Assembly (NCBI RefSeq): GCF_006345805.1 | Contig: NC_042999.1 | Location: forward strand, 106,330,001 to 106,394,000 | Source: Octopus sinensis | Lineage: Eukaryota | DNA: 64,000 bases | Direction of reading: 5' to 3' | Part shown: positions 36,413-49,537 of the stretch, piece by piece | How positions within the stretch are numbered: position 1 is the first letter of the stretch | Layout: every line of letters begins with the position of its first letter | The notes under the pieces: generated by a model | Database searches by the model: none | What the model was told of the DNA's origin: nothing | The model's input: the letters and a program-made list of their open reading frames with translations, nothing else | Translations under genes and position numbers: made by a program

Positions 36413-37092
36413 CTGGAACAATAGACATGAGCTCCAAACCTTTGGAATATTTTGGCGTGCTTGTTTTTTAAAGATATTTACTTATTAATTAATTTATTCC
36501 TTTTCATATTTACATTCGGCTCATGATATGTTTCTAGCAATTCAAAAAAATGAACAATTAGTTGTATTCTAAAGAACATATTCGTTTTCACTGAATAATA
36601 GATTTCTCCAAGACAGCCAGCACGCTTCTCTTTATATTAGGTGTATAAGGTATATGTTACTGCATGACGTACAGTATGAATTCATGATTTAGTACAAAAG
36701 TAGTCCTGAGGACACAGACAGCAAATATTGGAAATGAATATTAGAAACCTGTATTAAAAAAGTTCCATAATACGCTGTGTTATAGGGATAACATTTGCAT
36801 GTTTATTTTTCCAGTTTGCATATCTAGGTTATGGATACTATACAGATAAAAGCAATCAATAAATATAGTTTTTATAAGTATATTTTAGATATATCAGACC
36901 GGAGTGAAGCCATTATATATCCTTGCACCAACAATGTGGCACCACATTTCAAATATAGATATGTTCTGCTAAACAGGATTACTCGTATACACTTCAGGAG
37001 TATCAAGTCTTCGGTTGCTACACAACAGTCTGTCTGGTTCATTTGACCCTAATTAATCTCATGTAGGCCATTACCCTCCAAGCTACACTTAC

Positions 37093-37240
37093 TGAAATGT
37101 TTTATATCAATATTGCAATCTAACCCTATCAGCCAGTTAATTTTGTTGTAGTGTTGCATTTGATTGAAGTGAGTTTTATAGCTGTTATTGTTTAACACCG
37201 GGTCATCATCTATTGAACAGATATCGGTGGATACCTTGTT
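37093..37240 (-). CDS. candidate internal exon NKVSTDICSIDDDPVLNNNSYKTHFNQMQHYNKINWLIGLDCNIDIKHF
   Basis: 148 nt, one fully open frame, TCA|GTAAGT donor and tttgattAG acceptor. Confidence 0.4.
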
Positions 37241-37524
37241 CTAATCAAATGCATTTAAACAGCATCTTGTCTTTTTATGCATATTTAAAATTATATTATC
37301 TTCTTTTCTTTCGTAAGGCAACAGAGTCTGATTTGAAACAAAATCGGTATGTATTTCTTTTCCAGATTGAGCACCCAGACTGTGGTTTCATCAAAGGCTA
37401 AATTAGTCAGCTATATGAAATCAGTAAATGTTTTAGCCACAGAAAAAATATAATGCCAGTGGAGTTGTGTTTGTTATCGGGAATTCACAAACCAGTTCTG
37501 TGTTCAATAGCGTCGCGCTGATAC

Positions 37525-37583
37525 CCATCTTGTTTCGTCTTCGTATGTATTATATACAGTTTCCATTATTGGCACCAAGTCAC
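37525..37583 (-). CDS. candidate internal exon (x)DLVPIMETVYNTYEDETRW
   Basis: atatttgcAG acceptor and TGG|GTATCA donor; phase matches the 37240 exon. Confidence 0.35.
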
Positions 37584-38329
37584 CTGCAAATATATGATAG
37601 CCTCAATCTGTAAAACCAGAAATATATTAACATAACGTGATGTTTTATGTGCATTTATCTAATATGAATTGATTAAAAACCATGTGCAACATATATATTT
37701 AAAATTTAATGTCTGATATTTTTATCATGAATGTTGCATAGCAAACATTTACTTCATATGTAAGTCAATTCAGAAGATGTACTAATTTCATTATAGAATA
37801 GTTGGAGCCATCATTGCTTTACTGTGGTTATTCTTGTTGTTCAAGTCTCTTCTAGCAGACCTATGTTCAATGGCATTTTTGATAAGACCAACCAGAATTT
37901 TGTAAATAAAAGAATTCATAGGCCACTATTTTTAGTCAGTATAGTGATGGTATAATCTCTGTCAAGAGAGAATTGTCTACTATTTTTGGCATGTCAAATG
38001 AATATTTCACGCTAAATTTTTGGCATCAAATTTTTTGAATAGTTGTCAGAGAGTACCTGTAGATATATGCTTGTAAATGTGATCCTTCTTAATATATACA
38101 AATATATATACACGAAGTGCAGTGAATATATTGTCGTCTAAAATATGTAAAAAGAAAAATAACACTGACATATTTTAACAGATATATTTATCAAAATTAC
38201 ATAAAAATAACTTGAAATACTAAAGAGTAAATTGCTTCAATAAAATCGCCATAGCAGATATGGTGTGAGCTGTGTTCTATGGAAACATGAAATTGTTAAG
38301 CACAAAGATAAAGGCAACCTACAATCACA

Positions 38330-39030
38330 CAACCCCACGCACACACATACACACACGCTCATATACACATATACGCAAACACACACACACACACACACGA
38401 ATGCACATATACTTCACATAAGCCTCGCACACACACTACGCACTCACACAACACGTAATACATGCATGTGCACACACACATGTACGCACATGCACACGCA
38501 CACATACATACACACATACATAAATGCATACACACATGCGAACGCGCACACATTCACAGAAATGGACATATTCCTAACACACTCAATCCTACGCGCACGC
38601 ACATAAGCACACCTACACAAACACACACGCTCACATACACGCACACGTGTACACACAACTACACGCACATTCACACACGCATATGCATACATGCGCAAGA
38701 ACACACATATACCTCTACACACAATCCCACGTATACACACATATGTACACACGCGCACACACAAGCACACACACGAACACATACATATGCACATGCACAC
38801 ACATACACACAAACATACACACGCACACACACGCACACGCACGCACGAACACACAGGAACGCAGTTATAACTCCACACACACAGCCCCACACTAACCCCA
38901 CGCACATACACACATACACACACGCACATACACAAATGTACACACACACATGGACACACATAGACACATTACACAAAAAACACACACCATATACATACAC
39001 GCACACACATACATACACACGTACACACAT
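38330..39030. repeat. about 700-bp degenerate (CA)-rich array
   Basis: Direct reading; source of the H/T- and C/V-rich ORFs. Confidence 0.95.
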
Positions 39031-39214
39031 ACTTCAAACTGCCAGTCAAACGCCTTTCTACTGACCATTCCTCTACGCACATAAGAAGAGACAGACAACT
39101 ACACAAAGAACCACCACTTCAAGCGAATTCATGCTGCTGAATTCTTCCTACATTAACAGACACAAATTTCATTCACACTGACACATAAAAACACCACACA
39201 AACACCACATACAC

Positions 39215-39249
<35 letters not shown>

Positions 39250-39384
39250 ACATGGGTGCATGCACATACCCACACATACCTCCTTCTCTTACACTCTTCT
39301 GTCTTAGAAAGAATTTTCTCTTCACCCATTCTCTTACGGTAATTTCAAAATGTAAACGCATTTTTCTTTTATATTTTCTTTTAT

Positions 39385-39776
39385 TTTTTTCAGTCATTTG
39401 ACAGCGGCACTGCCTTTAGTCGAACAAATCGACCCCAGGACTTATTCTTTGTTAGCCTAGTACTTATTCTATCGGTCTCTTTTCCCGAACCTCTAAATTA
39501 CGGGTACGTAAACACACCAACATCGGTTGTCAAGCGATGTTGGTGGGACAATCACACAAACACACACAAACACAGACACAAACACAAACACAAACACACA
39601 AACACACGCACACACATGTATATATACATATGACGGGCTTCTTTCAGTTTCTGTTTACCAAATCAAGTCACAAGGCTATTGAACAACACAATTGCCCAAG
39701 GTGCCACGCAGTGGGACTGAACCCGGAACCATGTGGTTGGTAAGCAAGCTACTTACCACACAGTTGCTCCTACGCC
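39385..39776 (-). mobile_element. SINE family A, full length
   Basis: cagtcatttgacagcggcactgcctttagtcgaacaaatcgacc...gggactgaacccggaaccatgtggttggtaagcaagctacttaccacacag. Confidence 0.88.
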
Positions 39777-40024
39777 CGTGAATCATTGGCTATTTTTTCC
39801 TCCGTCTTCCTTTTCTATTGGACTTCCTCTGTTTCTGAAAAAGAGCTTTGCTCGAAACGTTAAACTATCTGTCTTTCCTCCTCTTTTCCCTGAGCGTCTG
39901 CTAATACTTGACATGTACCACGTCCTTACGTTGTTGTTGTTTTGTGTTTGTTCTTCGTTTTTTGGATTTACTATATATGTGTGTGTATGTATGTATATAT
40001 ACTAGCCGGTAGCTATTCCACTTA

Positions 40025-40440
40025 TGTAGATACTCTAACATTAATTTGGATTACTTTGTTACATTTCATTCGAATCAAATATTCTGTTTCAGTGCACCGC
40101 TTCTTAGTATAACAGCAAATATATATACATGTAAAATGATCTGGGGAGCTATATCTTGGAAATCCGCCGGCTCAATGGTTTCCCTTCAAGGTAGAATTAA
40201 TAGTTACGACTTTTTAAGCATTTTATCTGATCAAATTCATCCTATGGTTGTGGAACTGTTTCCGGAGGGAAACGCAATTTTTCAGGATGATAATGCACCA
40301 ATTGTCACTGCTAAAGTTGTTACTGAATGGCACGAGGAACATTCTATTGAAGTTGAACATCTTATATGGCCAACACAGTCTCCAGATCTCAGCATTATTG
40401 AACATTTATAGTGCATTTTAGAAATAAGCACTTATAGGGC
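40025..40440 (+). mobile_element. Tc1-like transposase remnant (DD36E/DD37E spacing)
   Basis: MIWGAISW...AIFQDDNAPIVTAKVVTEWHEEHSIEVEHLIWPTQSPDLSIIEHL; 36 residues lie between the D of DN and the E. Confidence 0.85.
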
Positions 40441-40659
40441 GATTTTGTCACCTGTAATAAATGGAAGCGTGCTTCATTGCAGTTCAAAGTGTTTTAACTC
40501 TTACTTATTTCTAGCAAGATAGGTCTTACCCACCACCCTCAGTCGAAATTAGGGAGGATTGCATATATATATATATATATATTCTAGATGACAACTGTCT
40601 GGTGTAAGGGAATGTGAAAATCCGAGTAACACTCTTGTTATATAAAAAATATGCATTTT

Positions 40660-41844
40660 TATGCATTTGTGTACATTTAAATTAATTAAATATTATTTTA
40701 CAGAATAATATTATTAAAATTCCTTTGATTAAAACCCTTTCTAACATGGAAGTATCCAAAGACCATTTGGGACACATAATGCTTTATGAGTACGAAAAAG
40801 AAAGCCATGCAGCCGAAGCGACTCGAAACATACACTCAGTTTATAGGAAAGAATGCTTGAATGATAGAACTTGCAGAAGATGGTTTGCGAAATTCAGAAG
40901 TGGAGATTTCAGCCTTGAAAGTGAAGATCGGACAGGACATCCAGTTGATTTTGATGATATGCTCCTTGATGCATTAACTGAAGAAAATCCTGCATTATCA
41001 GTTGAAGAATTGGCAATAAAGCTTAGTTGAAACCATACACCAGTTATATCGTCATCTGCAACAACTTGGGAAGGTTCCTAACCTTGGAAAATGTGTGCCT
41101 CATGAATTATCCGAAAGCGACCGCAAATCCCGAGTTGACATCTGCTCTTTTCTCCATTCTCATGAACTAATTTCACCCTTTTTGGATATACTTGTGACTG
41201 GTAACGAAAAATGGATCTTCTATCGATAGGTTAAACGTCGTAAACACTAGCTTGGTAAAAGGGAAAAAACTCAAACACAACCGAGAAGGGAACTTCATGG
41301 GGAAAAGGTTCTTCTCTTTATCTGGTGGGATTCCAAAGGAGTAATGCACTTTGAATTGTTACCACCTAATGCAACAATAAATGTTCAAGTTTACTGTCGG
41401 CAATTCGTACCTTTGTACCAAGCTTTGAAAAAAAAAACCCGTTTTAGTGAATCGAAAATGAGTGATGTTTCATCAGGACAATGTGTGACCCCACACTGCA
41501 AAGATCACATCACAGAAGATCGAAGAGCTTGGTTGGGAAAGAAATTCCTCATCCAGCTTATTCTCTTGACCTTGCTCCTTCAGATTACCATTTGTTTAGT
41601 AGTTTACAGAATCATTTGGGGACATAACTTTCGCAAGCCAGGAGAAGGTCGAAACTGACATTTTAGAGTTCTTCGCTTTGAAACCAAAAGGGTTTTACAT
41701 TTATGGGATTAAAAAGCTTGTAACTAGATGGAAAGAAGTCATAGATAATCGGGGAAGGTACATTGATGGTTAAATTTCAATTAAATATAACATTTAATCA
41801 CTTGTTTTCTTTATTCAAAATTTGGACAGAACATATGGGATAAC

Positions 41845-41848
<4 letters not shown>
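40660..41848 (+). mobile_element. mariner element (DD34D), degenerate, 3' TIR present
   Basis: MEVSKDHLGHIMLYEY...RRWFAKFRSGDF, CVPHEL, VTGNEKW, QDN...YSLDLAPSDYHLF (34 spacing after one frameshift). Ends ...ggataacctga|TA. No 5' TIR found. Confidence 0.9.
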
Positions 41849-41906
<58 letters not shown>

Positions 41907-42040
41907 GATCAACTTTACTAAAAATAGGACGACAATGATGATGTATTTCCGCAAATATGTGTAAATAAATTTGTATGCATGTATAAACACGTCTATGTAG
42001 GTCGGTAGCATACTATCTTGCTGTCTAGGTAGATTGGTGT

Positions 42041-42084
<44 letters not shown>

Positions 42085-42137
42085 ATAGACATGCATATAA
42101 CATACACGTAAACACACACACACGCACGCACACACAC

Positions 42138-42208
<71 letters not shown>

Positions 42209-43319
42209 GAATGTATGAGACTTGGCATTGAAAGAAACAAGAGAAAATACGGAAAATGTAAATATGCGTCTTCCATTAAAACATTATCTATGTAAAGTGC
42301 AACTGGGAATTAAACCCATTATATAGAACAAGACAAAATTTCATTACTGGCGAAAAAATGAAGCGCTGAAGTCCCGCGTGTAATTTTGTAATAGTACGTA
42401 CTTTTAGAAGAATGATAAAAATAACTAACTATGGATTGTCTCTTGTTTCTCCTCTTTTTGTAGAATTGATCTGCTCATCTAACTGTACCTACTGAAACTT
42501 TAAATAGCATAATATTTCTGACAATTGACATATTTCCTCGCAGTTTGTTTTATTTGTTTATTGTTCAATATTATTTCCTGTGAGCTAATTAATATGTAAT
42601 TAATTATGGCTTTTAGTTGACTGCCGGAAACAATATTACGCTATGTGGATCATTTTTTTTTTTTATTTTGAAGCATCCCTCAGTCACAACGATGTGAATA
42701 TCTACTTTTTTTTCTATAATAACGGATAGTAATATATAGATATTAGCATTTGTTTATATTGCCATTATATAGATTTCAAATGAAAAATTCTTAATCTGAA
42801 AATGATTAACATCTAATTCTGTAATAACTCAGAAGTAATTTGACTTTCAAATATAATGCTACTGTTCTTTAGTTTCAGTTGAACTCCGCTTGCGCAGAAA
42901 TATAGCCAAATACTTTTCTAGCCCCGAAAACATACTTCGAGTAGCCAAAGTTGTTTCTTTTTATTCAAGTAGAAATGAATAAATCTGTTCTAATCTGTTT
43001 CATATTAGTTCATATTACGCAGCAGACCAAACCATTTTCTATTTCCCTTTAAAGCAATCTCACTGCACTTTATGTTATTTAATTCTCTAGAGTTCAAACA
43101 TTACATGTATATGCGTCCTGTAAGATATTTAAGCAAAAATAAAATAATAAAATAAAATAAAATAAAAATCAAAGCAAAATCATACAAACTTTAAAGGTCC
43201 TTAATATTGAACAATTTTGAATAGTATTAGCTAGTTTTTGATTGTAGACAAGTTTTTAAAAATGATTTGTAAAATGTTCCCAGATAGATTATGCCTTTCC
43301 AATCCTTGGTATGTAATTG

Positions 43320-43388
<69 letters not shown>

Positions 43389-44290
43389 ATTTTAAATATT
43401 CATTCAAACCATATATGCATCTCCTAGTTTTAGTTTTGCAGTCAAAAATTAGAAACATGTTTACGGTTAATACAGTCAAATGTGGCAGAGAAACCTTGAT
43501 AAAATCAAATGATGACATGTCATAATTTGAAAATATACAATTTCTAATGGATGTGATACCTTAAATACCTTATATATTCAGAAGATGAGAAGTAATATAA
43601 ATATAAATTGAAAGTTAAACGAAGTATATTTACCATTCTTTGGAACAGATAAGAAATGTACTTTTCACTATTTTTACCGAATACATCAGGAATTATTTGA
43701 ATTTGTAAGACTGAAATTTTATAAAGTGGTAACAGAAATACAGACGAAAATTTATATATTACATAGATTTTTTTTCTTTTTTATGTCTATATAATAGGCA
43801 TTGAAATGATATCTTAAATATTTTACAGCAGTTCAATGACCCTTTCTGATCAAAGATTTCAGATTTTAACAATATTACAGTATATTGCTTTTATACAATT
43901 CTTACTTTTAGAAATTATTTGGACATTGGTAAAAATGTTATTCAGCAAGAGATTAATAAAGACATAGATTTTTCAGATTACATTTTACACTACTTGATAG
44001 TTTTATTATATGTTTTCTCCTCCTTATAAAGGTTTTATATCGACGCAAATTAAATCAGTATGTAATTCTAAGTTATTGGCTTTTAGTTCCATCTAATATT
44101 TCACACGTATATTAAATGGCATCTACGCTGAATAATTCTATTCTTCATCGGGGATTTACAAACTAATCACTCTATAATTTTCGTTTCCACTTTAATCACC
44201 AGGAAAATAATGAAAATAAGAAATTTGTCATAAATCTTTGAATTAGATAACGTTCCAAGGTTGCTTCACTAAAACGTAATAACATTAAAG

Positions 44291-44361
44291 TTATTTGCAC
44301 AAAACCGCTCCCTTTCCTATTTACTGGTGATCGTAGCTATATTCATCAGTGGTCTTTGTAG
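44291..44361 (+). CDS. candidate hydrophobic (signal-like) exon LFAQNRSLSYLLVIVAIFISGLC
   Basis: Hydrophobic run ending at TGTAG|GTACAA (phase 2). The acceptor is weak and there is no in-exon ATG. Confidence 0.2.
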
Positions 44362-45039
44362 GTACAAGCATGTACGTATATATCATTCAAGATTTCAATG
44401 TAATCTTCGTATATGTGGTTCAAATTTTACATCCTTAGTTCTCAGTTATTAAAGGAAATAATTTGATGGCACACTTCTAAAGGCAACTATATGATTTTCT
44501 CATAGATCGGACAATCCTCTTATAGTCAAGATTTTAAAAAATTTATTTAACAATTTCACACATTTCTGCATTATTTTCTTAATAATACAGAACTATTTGT
44601 TTCAAACAGCAAGTATTAACCGGTGTTATGCTTATTGTGCCACGCGTTTATGTTGAAAAGTAGGTATTTTGATGGTAATATTTTTTTATTGAAGAACAGT
44701 AAGGATTCTGCCTTATTCTATCATTAAACATTAACCTTTTCACAAAATTATGATAGAAAGATGATCAATTTTCACACGTAGAAGTAGAAAATTCAGCTAC
44801 AGTTTAGAATTCGTCTCTAGAGTTAATGACAAAGTAGCAGTCGGTACGCAATATAATGCTAACACAATTAATTTACAAAAAAGAGATATGGCATAGCTAT
44901 AGAAAGAATAAAACAAAACTTGTATAGTTACAGTGCTTAATGTAATGCGTTTCCATCGAACTTTGAAATGAGTATTCAATTTGAATAAGGGTGTAAGTGC
45001 CAGATTTTTTTCACAGGCACATGTTGTCTTCGCTCAGGT

Positions 45040-45250
45040 CTCAGGCTGAATATGTATGATAGATTGTGATAAGGCTAGACTTTTAATTATTAAGAAAACC
45101 CTTCAATCAGCTTCCACATACATTCTGTTTATCAGGCTTGGGTCAATGCGGCCAATAGCAAAAGGCACAAGTAAAAGATGCTGTACTATGGGATCGAGCG
45201 CGAAAACCTAGTGGCTGTAAAGCAAACTTTTTAAATATTCGGCAATGCTG
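45040..45250 (-). mobile_element. SINE family A 5' half, highly degenerate
   Basis: ggcttgggtcaatgcggccaatagcaaaaggcac...gggatcgagcgcgaaaacc. Confidence 0.45.
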
Positions 45251-46140
45251 AGCATATACGTGCGTATGTAAGGTAATCAGAAATACACTGGGGATTACAT
45301 GTGTTTAAGTCAAAAGTGAAGAAAAATCAATGATGTCTTCCAGTCTAGTCCGGAAATTCGTGTTACAAATATGTCTCAATACTAACATTAAAATTATACT
45401 AGAAATATATATTTTACCCTCTAATGAATTAATGATACAACAAAATAGCAATTTATAACAACACTAAATCATGATAAATGTAAGTCTCAAATGAAATTAG
45501 ATTAGAAAACTGCCATCCTAGTATACTAATATATGTTGTCAGGTGAGTAATGGTGTTTCTGACGGAGGATATAATGGAGATGCACTTTTCAATACAAATA
45601 ATAGTTTTAATATAAACAGAACAAGGGTACTTGAATGTACGCGGATAATTGCGCCGTCTCTCACTAATCTCTTTTGTTATAGATGAATAATGGCGTAGCT
45701 GCAAGGGTTTGCTAGTTAATATTTACGTATATCTAAATCATGCCAATTTCCCTCTGATAAATTGCGTATACTTTGTTACATTTATTTGTGTATTACATGG
45801 TTGATCGGAATGGTACTTTTGTTGCTGAAATGTGGATATATACACACAAGCACACATACTGACATTAGATATATATCTAGATGGAACTATTCATTTAAAA
45901 ATTAATTTGGAAATGTCATTTTAAACTACAAATATAATGAGTAAAATGAATGTTAAACGCCATTTCCAGTAGACCTTGCTAAAAAATAGCGAAAATAAAC
46001 AAAACCAAATTCGTTTGCATGGTGGAGTAATTCATTAGGAATGAAATTACATTTGTCGGCTAGGAGCAAAATTGTATCAGCGTAGATCTCCACCACGTAA
46101 TGACTAAGTGGATAAATATCTCTAAGAAGAATTGTTTCAG

Positions 46141-46235
46141 TGATAAATATCAGTGCAGCTGTTTACTTAACTTTGAAAAGTTTGGCAATTGCTGCTGGCC
46201 TTTGAGATATAAATCTAACATAAGGACCCTGTTCG
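46141..46235 (+). CDS. candidate Cys-rich exon DKYQCSCLLNFEKFGNCCWPLRYKSNIRTLF (somatomedin-B-like Cys spacing)
   Basis: aattgtttcAG acceptor, TCG|GTACCA donor, single open frame. CxC...FGxCC resembles an SMB domain but lacks one Cys. Confidence 0.4.
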
Positions 46236-47529
46236 GTACCAAAATATAAAAGTTATCAACCATAATATAGAACCTACGATGTATGTGCATGTTGCTAAAA
46301 TTTCGTTCCGATATTGTGCTAAGATTTTACGGATATTATTAATACAAAATTCATGTTTGTAAACATTTTTTATTCCAGTACTATGTATGTATTATAATTC
46401 ATATTATGAAATATTATTTCTATATTGATTTTTTAGTATCTTGTATTTGTTCAGTATAAGCAGATATGAAGATCTGGGGTAACTAATCGAAAACAACACC
46501 TAATTTGTATTTCTTGCTATAACTAGACCTGATTACATCATGATTACTCGGCAGTGTGTTTTTCTGCAATTTAAAACTTTAAGTGTACGCCTCTTGTTTT
46601 AACGAGTGCAATACGTTAAGTTAATGGAAACATAGCTAATGCATTTATGAAGAAAAATAATGTAGATTCCCTCTCTCGTTGATTCTCATGTAAGCCTGTT
46701 AGATAGGAATGAACCTGCGATTTTGAAGATGGTGAAAATGAGAAGTAATAATATTAATAGCATATCAAATTTAGCGATGCAAAAGGAGAGAACATGTATA
46801 CATACATGCAGATATATATGTATTTATGTGTATTTATTCCATAAAAATATGCATACATTTTTTGTGTTTATATTCAGCTGTAAATGTGTTTTGCGGAATT
46901 ATTTGTTCTCTATATTGTTTTTTATAATTTATCTGAGTTACAACCTTCTCCAACGGTTCTGCTTTCCTGTTGTTTTGAAGATTTATTTTTTGTCTTTGCT
47001 TTTTTCTTGAATATTCGGTACACTCAGATGTGGAGAATTAAGAAATAATAATCTTAACCAACATGATATTCAGCAGGAATAGTGGAAATAACATCATTCT
47101 AATCCTTGGCAATTTTGTGCTTGTAAAAACTTAGCATTGTATGTATAATTTTGCTGTAAAGCGTATCAACTTTCCATAACGAAAGCATGTAATATCAGCT
47201 GATAAAAACTTCATACATTAAACTTCACAAAGCTCACATGAATCACACTTTCGTGTACATTATGGTCTGTCTACTGCAGGGAAACATTCAAATCAGTGAA
47301 TCTATATTTTCCTGTTCATAATAACAATTAATTCAAGCCTGCATAACTTTTACAATAATGGGGTGAATTTTGTTGTAGTAAAAGAAACGTAGTATCATTA
47401 TCTCATAGAACACAAGCCATATTGCTTATATTCTCTTCACTGAAGACAGAAATCGTCATAGATATTTCATATTCTCATCAAATAGTTATTTCAAATCTCA
47501 CGTAAAATAAGTTACATATCATGGATATT

Positions 47530-47720
47530 TCAGGCAGTGATCTGGCAGCATCGTTAGCACGCTTGGCAACATTTCGTCCATCTTCAAGATATCTGTTAAA
47601 ATTCCGTTGAGATCAGCTTTGTCTTTCGTCGTTTCGGGGTCGATAAAATAAGTATCTGTTGAATACTGGGTTTGATGTAATCAACTTACCCACTCCTCCG
47701 AACTTGCTGGCCTTATTTTA
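47530..47720 (+). mobile_element. tRNA-derived SINE family C
   Basis: tggcagcatcgttagcacgc...tttcggggtcgataaaataagta...gatgtaatcaac. Confidence 0.75.
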
Positions 47721-48492
47721 AAACGAATATTATATCTAATATGTAAAGTTGAAAACAATATTATATGTAAATGGAAATTCTTCGACTGATTAGGCTCATT
47801 GTTTGATGGTTATGTATAATATTTCTATTTACGTTACGCCTTAGTAACCACATTTTCCTGTACTCATCTTATGTCTTAAAACCTTACTGTCCATTTTATA
47901 AACTTTAATCGGAAGCAAAGCCTAGTAGCAGTTTTATATACACAACCGCGTCGCATAGATATAGGGTACGCTATAGGATATTATTATTAACATTCCTTAA
48001 TTTGAAACTGGAAGGGTAAATACACCGGGAAAATGTTTTGATAACAATCAAAAATGAATTTCAGTGTATTATTAAATAAACTGATATAGTGATGGATAGT
48101 TTAAAATGTGTTATCCTAGATAATAATGATACGGTACGGAACTATAATCCACTAGAACCACAACATTTATGAGACAATTAGTCTTGTTTTACATTTTGTA
48201 AGGTACGTGATCCTCGGGGAATGGGTAACTTTGTTTTGAATTTCATTTCACCGTTATTCGTAAATTTAAGTTACACTTAGTGCAATCTGGAAAATTCTAA
48301 AACAAAATTTCTTCAAAAGAATATTGCTTCAAGGAATGTGAGGTATTGTGTATAGATAAGTTTCTAGGCATTTATTTATTTCATTGTATACCACATATTG
48401 AAAATCAAAGGACAATATATAGACTAACTAAGAATTTCGGTGCAAATGAATACTGCACAAATTCCATGAATATAAGTTTTCTGAAAAACACC

Positions 48493-48820
48493 GGGGATTT
48501 AGTCTTCCATTTGCAAAATCAGCCCCCTTTAATTTTGCTCAGATTGTTTTCCATTTTGGTGTTTCGATGCAGTTCTGAATTTTGATTACACTCAACCAAT
48601 TACTTTATCTCGTAAATTAAAGAATTTGACGTTATTTGGAATTAAATTCCGTTGATTGACTAAAATTACCCAAATTTTTCCAACTATAATTCCGAATAAC
48701 ATCAGATTCTTTAATTTACGAGATAAAGTAATTGGTTGAGTGTAATCAAAATTCAGAACTTCATCGATACCCCAAAATTGAAAATAGGGCTGATTTTGCG
48801 AATGAAACCGACTAGATCCA
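48493..48820. repeat. about 330-bp fold-back / MITE-like inverted repeat
   Basis: gttctgaattttgattacactcaaccaattactttatctcgtaaattaaagaat is inverted perfectly at about 48700-48760; outer arms gcaaaatcagccc / gggctgattttgc. Confidence 0.88.
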
Positions 48821-49466
48821 ACACCAGTTTGTAGGTTTTCTAACTGATATCGACACCTTCTCCAGCGGATGTATGTATGATATTTATGCATGTGCCTGAG
48901 GATAGGTCGATGAACAACGAACATGTGTATTATTTTTTTTAATGAACTGCGAAGATGAAGATTACGTTTAAGTGCAACTATTGAATTACATTTTCTATTG
49001 CCACGAGTATCACTTAAATGTCTCTTCTCAGTTAACGGCAATGCAAAATCAACACATTTGCCATTAGGTAGATTGGATGTAAAGAAAGCCCACTCATCAT
49101 CTCAAGAAAGTTCATGTTTATGAACACGACTGGTAAATGTCTTATAACCTTACATCGAAATCATTCGGCTTGAAAAGCATAATAACATACTTAATCACGT
49201 AGACACAACGCATCTACATAAATAATACAATCCTACAATCCTATCATATACATACAAGAAGGATTAAGCTGCTGTGTTTGATTAGGCTATCATCTCAGCT
49301 CTAATTAAGTATATTATCAAATGTGTCCAGCCGTAATCGACATTTTATTTATGTACCTAGTCTTAATATACCTAACAATGCAATAAATAACGTGCCCCAT
49401 ATAACTACAACTTCATCGTTTAGTGTGTCCTTGCATTTTTGAAATATTTGAAACTATTGCTATAAT

Positions 49467-49537
49467 ATGAAGAAAGTACAGAGAGCTTTCTCAGTCTTTT
49501 GGGCTATGTTACTCATCGGACATCTAAAATATTACTG
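49467..49537 (+). CDS. candidate first coding exon with signal peptide MKKVQRAFSVFWAMLLIGHLKYY
   Basis: ATG in aatATGa context, basic n-region and hydrophobic h-region, CTG|GTAATA donor (phase 2). Confidence 0.35.

Noticed and set aside
48592-49041. 149-aa minus-strand ORF
   Set aside because: It runs through the fold-back repeat and has no recognisable motif or splice support.
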